Shown here: positions 63,338 to 64,000 of the stretch, in pieces
How the letters are laid out: each line of letters begins with the position of its first letter
Numbering within the stretch: the first letter of the stretch is position 1
Assembly (NCBI RefSeq): GCF_006345805.1
Contig: NC_042997.1
Location: forward strand, 806,001 to 870,000
Direction: 5' to 3'
From: Octopus sinensis
Lineage: Eukaryota
Length of the DNA stretch: 64,000 nt
Notes under the pieces: model-generated
What the model was told of the DNA's origin: nothing
Database searches by the model: none
Seen by the model: the letters and a program-made list of their open reading frames with translations, nothing else
Position numbers and translations under genes: made by a program

Positions 63338-63478
63338 CGGGAAGCTTTATGAAAATAAACAAAAGACGAAGGCAGGTGGAAAACAAACGAACAATTGTAT
63401 TAGTATGGCGCTCAGGAAATATAAATAAAACAAGTCTTTAACGTTTCGAGCCTACGCTCTTCAACAGAAAGATACACA
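63336..63478 (-). mobile_element. PLE-type terminal fragment between (TA)n tracts
   Basis: Carries a hammerhead-like motif; its 3' end CGTCTTTTGTTTATTTTC..CTTCCCGTT recurs at 50703-50735. Confidence 0.6.
63435..63473 (-). ncRNA. Candidate minimal type I hammerhead ribozyme with a variant core
   Basis: Minus strand TCTTT-CTGTTGA-A-GAGC-GTAG-GCTC-GAAA-CGT-T-AAAGA: helix I TCTTT/AAAGA, helix II GAGC/GCTC, palindromic helix III AACGTT. Confidence 0.55.
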
Positions 63479-64000
63479 TATATATATATATATACTATTT
63501 ATTGTATTAGTTTTGTTCGGCGACTGTAATGATATTAATTTTGATTATCTCATTATTTTATTTAAAATATAAATTTCATTGAATCTATTGTGAAGTTGTG
63601 AGCACACAGATATATAGACAATCTCAAGTATTATTTCTCTACGTGTTTCAGCTATGTAGTTTTGGATCAAGTATATCCAGTTCATACATTCACGCAGAAA
63701 CCAATTTACCTATCTGTATTTTTATTTGTTCTCGCATCAAACTACGAATGAATTTAGCAGAATACAATTTTATTTAATATGAAAAAATGTCAGCGAGTAA
63801 AGATGAAATGTACGCTTTTCTAATAACAGAAAATCTATTGCCTTGTTTTGCACTCGGATTATGAGAATTGGCAGAACAAGCTATGAGTCATAGTTTCTTT
63901 GTGTTCTCTTTCATTCATTTATTCTACTTCGATATTTTCCGAATTGAGGTTGCTCCTGTTATGATTATATTAATCTGAACTTCAATAAATTATTGTTCTA

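Overview
This is AT-rich, microsatellite-dense eukaryotic non-coding DNA. The SINE families and composition fit an octopod cephalopod (Octopus-like); that is an inference. I found no credible host exon, intact protein-coding gene, or true tRNA/rRNA gene. The window is a layered transposon landscape. It holds a full-length but decayed Tx1/L1-clade LINE (23.0-28.4 kb), four R4/Dong-type relics, two further Tx1/L1-like relics, a CR1-group relic, two Penelope-like (PLE) coding relics, PLE-type ends with hammerhead-like motifs, mariner relics, hAT MITEs and about 20 tRNA-derived SINE copies. The most notable structure is at 22963-29157. An old SINE with a 15-bp target-site duplication (TSD) is split at the motif GTATTTCGTCTGTC, which is itself duplicated as a perfect 14-mer. 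Between the two copies lie the Tx1 LINE and three tandem SINE units that carry the LINE's own 3' tail. This suggests a LINE that targets a SINE and also mobilises a SINE subfamily containing its target site, so arrays grow at that site. All alignments and translations were done by eye, and boundaries are approximate unless a TSD or terminal inverted repeat (TIR) is quoted.
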